Origin: a virus
Taxonomy: Duplodnaviria; Caudoviricetes
Direction: 5' to 3' (one strand)
IMG/VR virus record: IMGVR_UViG_3300033148_005414
Location: 1-62,310 of that record
Length of the DNA: 62,310 nucleotides
Part shown: positions 35,828 through 45,769 of the stretch, in pieces
How the letters are laid out: each line of letters begins with the position of its first letter
Position numbering within the stretch: the stretch's first letter is position 1
Notes under the pieces: model-generated
Seen by the model: only the letters and a program-made list of their open reading frames with translations
What the model was told of the DNA's origin: nothing
Databases searched by the model: none
Made by a program: the position numbers and the translations under genes

Positions 35828-36103
35828 ATGACCCCACAAGAAACTACAAAAGCGAACCAAGACGCAGCATCTGCAGTGGTTACGTTAATGGGTGGCCCAG
35901 CAGAGGTCGCTCGAAAATTAACAGCAAAGCTTCGAGAGAAAGACCCTGAAGCAAAACCTGTTCGTATTGGCTCTATATGGAGCTGGATGCACCGCGATAA
36001 AAGCGGCATTCCAATTTCATTTATTAAGATGTTTGAAGATTTATCATCAATCCCGAGAGAGGAAATCAGGCCCGATATTCCGTGGCGAGAACTCTGTCTG
36101 TAA
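35828..36103 (+). CDS. Cro/YdaS-like HTH regulator
   Basis: GGPAEVARKL...IWSW...GIP...IPREEIRPDI pattern; divergent from recombination genes. Confidence 0.8.
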   Translation: MTPQETTKANQDAASAVVTLMGGPAEVARKLTAKLREKDPEAKPVRIGSIWSWMHRDKSGIPISFIKMFEDLSSIPREEIRPDIPWRELCL

Positions 36104-36106
36104 TAG

Positions 36107-36131
36107 AAAGCCCCTTAATTGGGGTTTTTTA
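36107..36131 (+). terminator. Intrinsic terminator between convergent genes
   Basis: AAAGCCCC-TTAATT-GGGGTTTTTT. Confidence 0.75.
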
Positions 36132-36135
36132 TTGC

Positions 36136-36489
36136 TCAGATTGGTATTTTTTTATAAATTGATTTTATTTTTACCTTTATTGCTTGATTCCTTTTGACCG
36201 CCTTTTTCGCTCGATGCCTGATTTCATCAAACTCTTCGCCATCAAACTCCCCTTTTATTATGACAATTGGATGGAACCACTCCCCAGATATATTGTATTC
36301 CCTATACTTTCGTTGAAGCTCCCCCTCAATGTGGTATGCGTTCTTTGTGCTTTTACATTTTATTTTTCTTATTACAGTGAGCTTCTTGTGGTTTCCTGTT
36401 TGAAGTTGATTCACCCTATGTTCAACATTTTTAGCTGTCCCTATTTTAACGGCCTCATAATCACCAACAACAATAAAATAAACATACAT
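36136..36489 (-). CDS. GIY-YIG / T5orf172-type nuclease domain protein
   Basis: VYFI...VKIG...RVNQLQTGN...E..L...GEWF. Confidence 0.85.
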   Translation of the reverse strand: MYVYFIVVGDYEAVKIGTAKNVEHRVNQLQTGNHKKLTVIRKIKCKSTKNAYHIEGELQRKYREYNISGEWFHPIVIIKGEFDGEEFDEIRHRAKKAVKRNQAIKVKIKSIYKKIPI

Positions 36490-36739
36490 TTTTTAAGTCC
36501 TCTATTTTTTCGAGATACAACCCCACCCTTTTCCCCTAAGACACCAATTACATGCCTAACAACTGTTTCCAGTGGGTACTCTTGCTTCCCCTATTATCCA
36601 AGCCGAAACTTGTTCTTAGGTCCCTGTTGTCAGGGCGCGACAGTGCAGGTATTTTGTGTTTTTATGCTCTGCGTATACGAACCAGTTGCAAACCGTAACG
36701 GTCGAGTTTGATGTTTTGCCACTGAAACGTGACTAAAAG

Positions 36740-36845
36740 TAGACGTGAAGGGAATATTTGATATAATTATCCCGTCAGGCGTGCAAAACTCGACAACTGA
36801 TTAAACCTCATTGAATTTTAAAACTCAATGGGGTTTTTTCTTTTC
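36740..36845 (+). ncRNA. Candidate ~70-nt small RNA (promoter plus terminator, no ORF)
   Basis: TAGACG..TGaTATAAT (extended -10 at 36759-36767); terminator AAACCTCATTGA/TCAATGGGGTTT plus U tract at 36803-36845. Confidence 0.55.
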
Positions 36846-36921
36846 TAGGGATCTAAATTTCTGATGCCGCTATAAGAATATTTAATTGGTAATTTGAGCA
36901 GCTGTTCTTTACAGTTTAAAA

Positions 36922-37110
36922 ATGAGTAATAAAAAATATCCAATTATTGGAAGAGTTTTTAAGCATAAGAAAAATACTTGTGCAAAATGCAAATGTGGGA
37001 AAATAGGTCGGTATAAAGTCGATATTCAATGGAACTATATGCGTGGAGATGACGACACTGTTTGGGCTTGTGAAGAACATAAAAACGACATTAATTTTTT
37101 AATAAAATAA
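36922..37110 (+). CDS. Small Cys-rich hypothetical protein
   Basis: KCKCG...WACEEH. Confidence 0.6.
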   Translation: MSNKKYPIIGRVFKHKKNTCAKCKCGKIGRYKVDIQWNYMRGDDDTVWACEEHKNDINFLIK

Positions 37111-37124
37111 ATAAGGATAGCAGT

Positions 37125-37781
37125 ATGCTATTAACACAGCGATTTGAAATAAATAACGAAGGCAACGACTATGTTGTTGGTGATTTGCATGGTTGCTTCG
37201 ATAAATTAGAAGAAGCTCTATATGACATCGGTTTTGATAAAAATGTGGATCGACTGTTTTCTGTTGGGGATTTAGTAGATCGAGGGCCACAAAATCTTGA
37301 GTGTCTGCGTTTAATTGAAGCCGACTGGTTTTTCGCTGTGCAAGGGAACCATGAAGATATGATGTTAAAGGCAGTATTGGATCGAGTGGATTATCACCAC
37401 TGGCTATTGAATGGTGGTGATTGGTTTATGCGACTAACTCAACGGGATGCTGATGAAGTAAAAAGTTTCTGTTTATTTATCAGGGAAACAGTCCCATATT
37501 CAATAACAGTGGAAACCGATAAAGGCACTGTTGGTATTTGCCATGCACAACCTCCGAGTGAAGACTGGCACGATGCAACCGACCCAAGCAACCGTGATAT
37601 TCAGGTAATGTTATGGGCCCGTACTTGGATTGAGAGCGGTGATACTGACCCAGTTAAGGGTGTTAATTTAACCTTTCATGGCCATACGCCAAAAGAAGAG
37701 CCTTTAATTTTAGGTAACACGTCATTTATTGATACTGGCGCTGTTTTTGGTGGCAAACTAACGATTACGCAAATTAATTAA
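37125..37781 (+). CDS. Serine/threonine protein phosphatase (lambda NinI/PphA-like metallophosphoesterase)
   Basis: GDLHG, GDLVDRG, GNHE, CHA, HGHTP, IDTGAVF. Confidence 0.93.
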   Translation: MLLTQRFEINNEGNDYVVGDLHGCFDKLEEALYDIGFDKNVDRLFSVGDLVDRGPQNLECLRLIEADWFFAVQGNHEDMMLKAVLDRVDYHHWLLNGGDWFMRLTQRDADEVKSFCLFIRETVPYSITVETDKGTVGICHAQPPSEDWHDATDPSNRDIQVMLWARTWIESGDTDPVKGVNLTFHGHTPKEEPLILGNTSFIDTGAVFGGKLTITQIN

Positions 37782-37819
37782 GATATAAATAAAATTTATG
37801 GCCGTGCTATACTTAAAGC

Positions 37820-38017
37820 ATGGAGATTATTGCGATATTATTCATGCCGATATTGATTATCGTAGGAGGGCTAGCTATAGGTTTTGCCCCAATCGTGGCT
37901 GGCGCAATAACACATCAATTCACAGAAGATAAACTACCAAAAAGCGGCTGCTGGATTTTAACCATAGCCGCTTTTTTTATGTCGGTTTATTTAATCGACC
38001 TTTTGTTCGTTCATTAA
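37820..38017 (+). CDS. Small two-TM membrane protein, likely leaderless
   Basis: Two hydrophobic helices; TGcTATACT extended -10 ends 7 nt before the ATG. Confidence 0.55.
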   Translation: MEIIAILFMPILIIVGGLAIGFAPIVAGAITHQFTEDKLPKSGCWILTIAAFFMSVYLIDLLFVH

Positions 38018-41000
38018 CTCATAAACATATTTTTTCCGCTTGTAAAAATCCTTACGAATCTTAGGGCGACCCTCTTTATTAGCGGTTGCTAATGCTCGAG
38101 TTTGCGCTGCATCCATAAATTGAGATGTCATACGCCAGCGGGGGATACGGCCATTCATAATATAACGAATATCAGATTTATTAACTTTAGCAGCCTTTAA
38201 TACACGGCTAATCACAGACTTTTTAACACCTAATTTTTCCGCAGCATTCACCATTTTAATCATTTCCGTGAAGCCCTTTTTACGGGCGCGGATCATCCCG
38301 GAAAAACCACGTTTAATGTCTTTTTCTGTAACTGTTGATCCACTACCAACAACCTTATTAAGTTGTTGAGTAGCTAATGATTTTACATCCTTAAACTCTA
38401 AAGTTTTATAGTAAATTGATTGCGGCACGTTAAGCGTCCCCATACGGAAGCCAACCAAAGCAACCGCTTCATCCTCAATCTTGTATTCTTTTCCGCTAGG
38501 TGATGTTTCGCCACGAATGGCTTTTGTCATGCGCTCAGCATTAGAAACAACGCCGGGTTGAGCGGCTTTACGGAAATGATTAATCATATCCAACGCAATT
38601 TCATCTGTTGGTGCTTCAGGATTATAAATTTTTGTCCCGGTGCCTGCACGCTTATTGGAATAGATTTCCATTAAAGCTCCTGCTGCAATATCGACGCCAA
38701 TAAAGGGCTCAAGAAACTCAACCAGAGCATCTAATACCTTTTTATCAATACCTTCGTTATTTTTATTTAAGATGGCAGTAATTGGTTTTTTCAGGTATGT
38801 GTACGGATCAAAATATGAAAAATCGATATATTTAGGATACCCGCTCTCGTCATAACCTAAATAAATTAATTGTGAATTGCGTACCCATGGGGCAGCTAAA
38901 GACCGCACTGCCTCATCATCATCAGATTCGAGGCCCATCATCACCATAGACATATATGACAAAGTGGCTGAAATTGAAGTGGCCATTGCCATTCCTAAAG
39001 TGCGTTGAGCCACCATTTTTGTATTACCAGCAGCCACGTCTTCTTTCAAAAACTTCATTTGATTTGCTGTAGTACGAACAATTTCATATGGGAATGAAAC
39101 AAAAGTACCAATCAGCGGCCAGCGACGCACCATTTTCACAGCACGAGGGACCATTGAATAAGTTGGATACCCATTACGAATACGATAAGCGGCTTTAATT
39201 TCAGCGTCTTTACGAGACTTACCGGTTTCCATTTGTAGTTTGATTTCATTTTCAAAGCCAATAATTTTCCAAAAATCATCACCAACTTGATATAGCCGCT
39301 GCATGAAATTCAAGAAACGGCGTAGTGACTTGGTTGGGCCCTTAGAATAAATATCGATATTCATAAAGTCTTCCAAAGCATGCCGTAATTCTTCTGCCCG
39401 AGGGTTATCATGTAGAACACCCAATGAAATCAAATTATTAAGGTATTTACGCCATTTTGTATCTTTAGTAAATAAATCTGACTGGGCTGCGCGAAACGCT
39501 TTTTGCCCATGACTCCAATCAAAATGACCATTCATTACTGAGAACATTGCTGCAGACATGAAGTTACGGGCCTGAGTGGTTGGAGCAAGAATTGTTTTGC
39601 CGTACTTAACAGCTGAGTTAAGGCGAATAAAGCTACGCATAACAGCCCCACCCTCGATAGCATCACGCATATCTTCCAGCCCCTGAATAAAGTCCTCTGT
39701 TGTGTACAGGCCGTCAATTGGGTTCATTGTTTCCGCGCCTTTGGCTGCAATACGCTTGTCGAATTTCCCTATAGGGCGTTCAAACATAAAAATCCCAAGG
39801 CCACGGCTACGCAGCTGCATTAGAAATTCATGATTTGCTAAATAATTGTACATTTTGGTGGCTGAACGAACAAAATTAATACGTGGGTCAAGATATTCAC
39901 CCAATAATTCACGGATCACATCAGGGACATCCTTGCGATTAGTTAGCATGGATACATCTTTTGTTCCGTATTTGGTGCCACCAGAAATGAATGAGAAAAA
40001 ATTCCCTTTATCTTTTGCGGCCTGAAGAATTGCACGTACTGCACCATGAACCTCTTCTGGAATAAGGTCAGGGTTGCGCTCGGCAATATAGGCTTCTGCA
40101 CGCTTAATTAAGTCTTTATTCTTGAGAGCTTTGTTTTTCCATTTTGCATTATCAAACGCCTCATATGAGCGATTCATATAAGTACCCATATTTTTACTGA
40201 TAGTTTGGTGCATTTCAAAGTGGCTGCGAATTGACGCAGGAACATAGCCATCAGGTTCACCCTTTAAAAAGGATTCAAACGCCTCATTATCTGCTTGACT
40301 TAATTTTGCACGCTGAATTACCATCATATCGACCATGGCTTTCTGCATACCGCCGGATAACCGGTCAAGATAAGCACGCATACCATCCAATGTTTCTTTC
40401 ATCTCGGTGGATAGCCCAGCAACCTTTTCACCATGCAGGTAATTATTTACTTTTAACAACTGCTCCTCTGAGATAGACACATAATTCTTAGTGCCAAATT
40501 CTTTATTCATCGCCTCTTCAAACTTGTGGATAACAAATGAAACGTCTTCTTCTCCAGCTTTTTTCAGTGAATCACTTTTGATTTTTGCCTCAAAACCTTC
40601 GTCGTTTAAAAGCCCTTCTTTAGTAAAGTGACGCCTTACAAACTTGGCCACGGAGCGCATTGCTGAAGGATCAGATTCATTAGTTGTTTTAAGATCATTT
40701 TGGATCTGCTGGACTGTATCGGCGGCAATTTGTGGCACTTCACCAGTTTGAACAGCTTGACGCATTCCAACGATAACTTCGACAAGCTCAGAGTTAGTTA
40801 AGCGAACAGATGGCATAATATTTCGCAGCCATTGTGCGATTTTAGCAAGCGTCCGGGTAACGATGGTGGATTTAGGGTTGGTCTCAGCCGTAACAGCAAT
40901 AAGTTCCTCTGTTAATTCAAGGCGGTTTTTAGGTGTGATCTGAACACCCCAAGTTTTGGCTAAATCACGAATTTTTTCTTTGTTGTCACGATAGACTTCC

Positions 41001-44000
41001 TCAAGGAATGGATTAATTTCATCGCCAAATAAGCCACGTAAACCATGGTGGCCCATAACTTCGTGCATTATTACTTTAAATAATTCTGCCTTAGAGTTAA
41101 TTTTATCAGCAACCAAATAAACCCTTCCTTCAGATGGGACGTACATACCAATAACTTGTTCATAAGAGTCAGTGGTGATTAATGACTCACGAATATGTGC
41201 TGGCAGCTCTTCTTTAACTGCAACAACCTCCATTTCTGGCGCATTCTTCCAGTTTTTTTGGACCACTACTGCTGTTTTTTCAATATACGCAACGCTGAGC
41301 CCTTTTCCACCTTTTGCAGCCCCGCGACTTGCTAAAACCGTCAACGGATCTTTCCCAACCTTAATAGCGGCTCGTAATTCACTTTCATGGATACGCTTAT
41401 ATGTATCTAAATTAATGCCTTTGGTTGGTTTACGGCCCTGTTCTCTTGCTATGGCGTTTTCAGTATTTTCAAACATTTTTAATACTGATTTTACACTAGG
41501 CAATGTTCCACGTGGAACAAAGCCATATTCACCGAGATCACCAAAATCCCCGGTTAGCACGCGGTATGAAGCATCAGCCACATTAGTATTATATTCATGA
41601 GCAAATCCAGCAGGGTCAACAGTGATGCCCATTTCTGCAAAAAGCATGCGCTGCACACGGAAAGCAACATCCTCCCATTCAACAGCACGCTGGGCTTCTT
41701 TAAGAGTTAATGGCTCCAACTCCACTTGCGCTTGTTTTTTGTCTGGGTGCCCACGGGTAGCCATCCAAGATTGACCCAAGCGACCTTCACGGCGGCTGTC
41801 CCCATAGCGTTTTTGCATGAAGTCCTCAGTGATGGCATGACCAAGTTCATGTACGATACGCCATTGTCGGGTGTATTCGGCGTCCTTGAACGAGCCGTGT
41901 GCCACACGCGGGTCATAGATCCATAAATACCCATCTTTATATCCTTGTTTTTTAAGTTTAGGGATGACAAATTCAACGCCAGCCTCTTTATCTACATGGA
42001 ATGAGAAATATTTTACCTCAAAACCAAAGCGCTTAACTAAATCCCTAACTAACTTCGGGTTAGTAACGAGTTTATCGAGATTATAAAATTTAAGGTTTTT
42101 GGTGGTGTCTTTTTTAGCGTCAAGCACGCCAAATTTCCCGTAAACATCGGGGATTGGTTTTGCGTTTAGTCGAGATAAGGGTATTGGTGAGGTAAGCGTC
42201 CGACCCGGGGCTTTTTGTCCTGTTTCTTGCTCTTGATATCCGGTGCCCCAGAAATCACGAAGCCCTTTCCGTGTGGGGCTGTAACGTAATTTATTTTTCC
42301 GCTCCCAGACGCCGATTTCTCGGTTGTAAGCTGAGATACCTTCTTGTCTTGAGTCCCAACTTCCGATGAGCTCGCCTTGGCCTTTGTATGCTTCGATGTC
42401 TTGTTCATATTTCTTACCTAATTTAGAGACACTCTTGCTAAGAGTAGTGCCTTCATCATAAATTACAACTGTAGTGCCGGTTGGACCGGGAATTAATGTA
42501 CGAAAGTCTAATTTTAACTCATCAAGTGTTGAGCGTACAGCTTCAATGTTACCCTTTTCTAATGGGATTTTGATTTTATAGAAGGAATCAACCCCATTTT
42601 CATCAGCAATAAACGATAAAGCTCCTTTTTGATTAAAAAACTTACCTGTCAATGAAGCGGCGTATTTTAGCTGATCCATTGATTTTGGAGATTCAACCTC
42701 AATTAATAAGCTGTCCTCGGCACCATCAATCCAGTCACCAAGAGCATCACTTGTGGTGTGCTCAAGTCCCATTTCATCAAAAATATCATCAGTAATAGCG
42801 TGTGAGGTTTGATGCTTTTCAGAGCGAATTGAAGTAGCAGCCTCATCAAATGACATTTGAGCATCCCAGTCGTTCGGGGAAACAGCCACAAAACCTTTCT
42901 TTTTGGTTGGAGGTTTCTGTTGTCGAGACAACAGAATCGCCGCCGAATCCGGTAATGCTTTTTTAGCTTTTGGGCTATGAACAAAGCGCTTAAATTGCTC
43001 GGTACTTAATGGCACTATTGAATCAAAACCAGCCCACTTTTTATCGTAGTTAGCCATGTATGCAGCTTTAGCGGCTTTCTCGTCTGGGTAGCCAATCATT
43101 ACCTTGTGTTCATCGAACTTGCCAGTAGTAGGATTATTTTGATTAACAACGTAAAAAGTATCAGCAGTTTCAGCATCAGGACCCAGAAACACGTCCACAT
43201 GATCGCCATCGGCACCTTGAGTCCGTTTAATATATCCATAATGAGCCCCCATTTTTTGGGACCACTTCTGGCCACCTTCATCGACGCCAGAGCGTATTGA
43301 TCCTTTGGGGTTTTCAATAGCTACGTCCATTCCCTGAACTTGCGTATGCCCTTTCTTGTAGTTACCTGCCTCTTTTTGGGCCTCGGTAGGTGCGGTGTCC
43401 ACTTGGGTCGCCGCCTCCTCAATGGGTAATCCGTATTTTTTCTCTGGCTTAGCTGCTTCAAACGCGGCTTCCATGACTGATTTAGGCTTAGCGGAAATAG
43501 CTCGCTCTGCTTTTTCAGCCTCAAGACTTTGCTTAATTTGCCCTGCAGTGGTTGGAGCAGCAGGCTCAAGATCAGCAGGAACAACAGTTGTTTTTTGGAT
43601 TTCCGCAAAAGCTTTTTCTTCATCAGCCTTTTTTTGATTGGTTTGATCTGCTTCATATTCATCGAAAGCAACAACTGCCTCACTAAAAATCTTTTTATCT
43701 CTTAGGATGTCTTTTAGATCGCTCACCGACTGTTTTGTGTCGATTTCATTTTCAATATCAGATTGAAGGGTTTCAAAAGCCTTTTTAAGAGCATCAATCT
43801 TCCCTTTATTTTCTGCTTTTGCACTATAATTATGAAGAGCAGTTGCAGCTTGATACGCCGAAGAGGCAGACGCACCTGTGCCTGCACCACCCATAATAGA
43901 TGGTAAAATACCTTCCGTTAAATCTTGTTTTGGACGCCACGCTAATTTTTTAGCGATATTCTGGACTAATTCTTGTAATCCCTCAGTTGTTCCTTCTGTA

Positions 44001-44956
44001 AGCGCTGACCCAACAATACCTAATAACCCTTTTGCATTAGTAATCTTGTCAACACCCAGCTTTTCTAGCCAAGTATTAATTCCCGCAACCATCAATTGGG
44101 TTCGAGCAAACTCACGATCATCAATTTTCTTGCCGGTTTTAGCTTCAAAGTCAGCAGCATCACTTGCTGTGTCCATTGCCTCCATCCAAGCAATAAATAA
44201 TGGAGAGCCCCCTGATTTTAACGATGCGTAAAGGGTAGGGGCGGCATTCCCAATAAAGCCAGCCCATGCTTCTACATCGGTCAACACGTCTGTTAGGTGG
44301 CTCGTGTCTCCACCGATAGCGGCTTTAAAGGCTTCGTCTGCTTTTTTACCTTTATCAGCCAACATTTTAAAGGTATCGAAATTTTCGACCATTAATTGTT
44401 GTGATTTAGAAATTTCACCCGCTACGATATTAGCGTGTTTGCGTAAATTAATTGCGTCAGGGACGTATAATTCTTCTGTTTTTGGAAGGGCCCATTCAGG
44501 TAGCCCTAAATCACGGCCAGACTGAACTAAGGCGTCATAATGACGCGCAATAGCGTCTGGAGTCCGAAAAATTGACTCAGAAATCCCTAATGTTGCTTTT
44601 GCCGCAGCTGCACCAAAAGCTTTTGGGGTGGCGATTGTTTTATCAAGCATTTCGCCTGTTGTTCTTGGCTCTTCGTTAATATCTGCTCCACCAAGAGCAA
44701 GTGAGGTTTTTTGTGGGTCGCTTTCTGCTTTTTCTTGCAGGGGAGCTCCACCTAAAGCCATAGAGGTATATTGCGACTCTGGGGCACTGGGCTTAGTTTC
44801 CTTGTCAAATTGAAGACGTACAGCTTCAACCTGATCTTCAGGAACTTTAGGCTGAACAACTTCATTGAAATATTGCTGACGAGCATTTTCTTTTTGAGCG
44901 TCGTCTAAAGCTTGAAACCGCGTATCAGCAACAACATCCTGCCATGGCTTAGCCAT
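37991..44956 (-). CDS. Giant internal virion / ejection protein of the large polyvalent protein type (2321 aa)
   Basis: P22-like DNA-transfer N-terminus (MAKPWQDVV...QYFNEVV); inorganic-pyrophosphatase-like domain (PTEAQKEAGNYKKGH, ENPKGS, GADGDHVDVF, FDEHKVMIG); zincin-like HELGH and HEVMGH. Confidence 0.8.
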   Translation of the reverse strand: MAKPWQDVVADTRFQALDDAQKENARQQYFNEVVQPKVPEDQVEAVRLQFDKETKPSAPESQYTSMALGGAPLQEKAESDPQKTSLALGGADINEEPRTTGEMLDKTIATPKAFGAAAAKATLGISESIFRTPDAIARHYDALVQSGRDLGLPEWALPKTEELYVPDAINLRKHANIVAGEISKSQQLMVENFDTFKMLADKGKKADEAFKAAIGGDTSHLTDVLTDVEAWAGFIGNAAPTLYASLKSGGSPLFIAWMEAMDTASDAADFEAKTGKKIDDREFARTQLMVAGINTWLEKLGVDKITNAKGLLGIVGSALTEGTTEGLQELVQNIAKKLAWRPKQDLTEGILPSIMGGAGTGASASSAYQAATALHNYSAKAENKGKIDALKKAFETLQSDIENEIDTKQSVSDLKDILRDKKIFSEAVVAFDEYEADQTNQKKADEEKAFAEIQKTTVVPADLEPAAPTTAGQIKQSLEAEKAERAISAKPKSVMEAAFEAAKPEKKYGLPIEEAATQVDTAPTEAQKEAGNYKKGHTQVQGMDVAIENPKGSIRSGVDEGGQKWSQKMGAHYGYIKRTQGADGDHVDVFLGPDAETADTFYVVNQNNPTTGKFDEHKVMIGYPDEKAAKAAYMANYDKKWAGFDSIVPLSTEQFKRFVHSPKAKKALPDSAAILLSRQQKPPTKKKGFVAVSPNDWDAQMSFDEAATSIRSEKHQTSHAITDDIFDEMGLEHTTSDALGDWIDGAEDSLLIEVESPKSMDQLKYAASLTGKFFNQKGALSFIADENGVDSFYKIKIPLEKGNIEAVRSTLDELKLDFRTLIPGPTGTTVVIYDEGTTLSKSVSKLGKKYEQDIEAYKGQGELIGSWDSRQEGISAYNREIGVWERKNKLRYSPTRKGLRDFWGTGYQEQETGQKAPGRTLTSPIPLSRLNAKPIPDVYGKFGVLDAKKDTTKNLKFYNLDKLVTNPKLVRDLVKRFGFEVKYFSFHVDKEAGVEFVIPKLKKQGYKDGYLWIYDPRVAHGSFKDAEYTRQWRIVHELGHAITEDFMQKRYGDSRREGRLGQSWMATRGHPDKKQAQVELEPLTLKEAQRAVEWEDVAFRVQRMLFAEMGITVDPAGFAHEYNTNVADASYRVLTGDFGDLGEYGFVPRGTLPSVKSVLKMFENTENAIAREQGRKPTKGINLDTYKRIHESELRAAIKVGKDPLTVLASRGAAKGGKGLSVAYIEKTAVVVQKNWKNAPEMEVVAVKEELPAHIRESLITTDSYEQVIGMYVPSEGRVYLVADKINSKAELFKVIMHEVMGHHGLRGLFGDEINPFLEEVYRDNKEKIRDLAKTWGVQITPKNRLELTEELIAVTAETNPKSTIVTRTLAKIAQWLRNIMPSVRLTNSELVEVIVGMRQAVQTGEVPQIAADTVQQIQNDLKTTNESDPSAMRSVAKFVRRHFTKEGLLNDEGFEAKIKSDSLKKAGEEDVSFVIHKFEEAMNKEFGTKNYVSISEEQLLKVNNYLHGEKVAGLSTEMKETLDGMRAYLDRLSGGMQKAMVDMMVIQRAKLSQADNEAFESFLKGEPDGYVPASIRSHFEMHQTISKNMGTYMNRSYEAFDNAKWKNKALKNKDLIKRAEAYIAERNPDLIPEEVHGAVRAILQAAKDKGNFFSFISGGTKYGTKDVSMLTNRKDVPDVIRELLGEYLDPRINFVRSATKMYNYLANHEFLMQLRSRGLGIFMFERPIGKFDKRIAAKGAETMNPIDGLYTTEDFIQGLEDMRDAIEGGAVMRSFIRLNSAVKYGKTILAPTTQARNFMSAAMFSVMNGHFDWSHGQKAFRAAQSDLFTKDTKWRKYLNNLISLGVLHDNPRAEELRHALEDFMNIDIYSKGPTKSLRRFLNFMQRLYQVGDDFWKIIGFENEIKLQMETGKSRKDAEIKAAYRIRNGYPTYSMVPRAVKMVRRWPLIGTFVSFPYEIVRTTANQMKFLKEDVAAGNTKMVAQRTLGMAMATSISATLSYMSMVMMGLESDDDEAVRSLAAPWVRNSQLIYLGYDESGYPKYIDFSYFDPYTYLKKPITAILNKNNEGIDKKVLDALVEFLEPFIGVDIAAGALMEIYSNKRAGTGTKIYNPEAPTDEIALDMINHFRKAAQPGVVSNAERMTKAIRGETSPSGKEYKIEDEAVALVGFRMGTLNVPQSIYYKTLEFKDVKSLATQQLNKVVGSGSTVTEKDIKRGFSGMIRARKKGFTEMIKMVNAAEKLGVKKSVISRVLKAAKVNKSDIRYIMNGRIPRWRMTSQFMDAAQTRALATANKEGRPKIRKDFYKRKKYVYELMNEQKVD

Positions 44957-44959
44957 TGA

Positions 44960-45766
44960 CTACCTCCAAAGGGCGCTAGGATTATTTGGGTCAAAGCCTG
45001 CTTCCGCTTCTCCTTCAACTGGAGCTGGCTGGCTGGGCGATGTTGGTTTTTGTTTACTAAATAAATCATTAAACATGCCTTCGCGGAAATTAACCACGCT
45101 ATCTTTAGCTGCTTTACGCAACTGAACTTCGGTCATTTTATCTTTACCAAATGCCTCTTGGTTTTGTTTTTGTAACCCGAGTAAGATGCGTGCGTAAGCC
45201 GCCTGCGGATCAGACTTAGATAGCTGCATAAGTTTAAATGCTTTTTGTGGGTCGCCACCAGTTAGTGTTTTCATCCAGTATTTATGGCGCTGAATATCAG
45301 CAGGAACTTTGCTCGCACCAGCACCAATGCCGTATTTTTTAGCTGTTTTAGCTTTGTGTTCAATCAGCTCTTTCTCACGGCCCATTTCAGCTTCTGGGGT
45401 ATCCAGTTTTTTTGGGTCCATGCCAGCAGAAACCATAAGGTGGCTAATGGTTGCTTGCTGTTGATTGCCTTCCGCGTCATCCCAAAAAGCAACGCCAGAC
45501 TCGGGATCAAACTCAAGATTACTCATCCGATCCTCACCGGTTTCATTGTATTTAGCCATCGCCCCTTCTGTATCACCAGAAAGCATCATACGAATAGCAT
45601 CAGCGGTGCCTTCACGCTTCATTATCCCACGCATTTCTTCTAACTTTAAATCACCCAGCTCTGACTCTTTAGCTGCCTGATCTGAAGCTGCAATGCGGGA
45701 CTCTTCTTTCTCATAACCGCTAACAACATCCTGCATTGCGCTAGCAATTCCATATTGACTACCCAT
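44960..45766 (-). CDS. Putative internal virion (ejection) protein
   Basis: Helical, charged; immediately upstream of the giant protein. Confidence 0.65.
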   Translation of the reverse strand: MGSQYGIASAMQDVVSGYEKEESRIAASDQAAKESELGDLKLEEMRGIMKREGTADAIRMMLSGDTEGAMAKYNETGEDRMSNLEFDPESGVAFWDDAEGNQQQATISHLMVSAGMDPKKLDTPEAEMGREKELIEHKAKTAKKYGIGAGASKVPADIQRHKYWMKTLTGGDPQKAFKLMQLSKSDPQAAYARILLGLQKQNQEAFGKDKMTEVQLRKAAKDSVVNFREGMFNDLFSKQKPTSPSQPAPVEGEAEAGFDPNNPSALWR

Positions 45767-45769
45767 AAT

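Noticed and set aside
36184-36711. 175-aa plus-strand ORF
   Set aside because: Antisense to the GIY-YIG gene, no RBS, shadow-like composition
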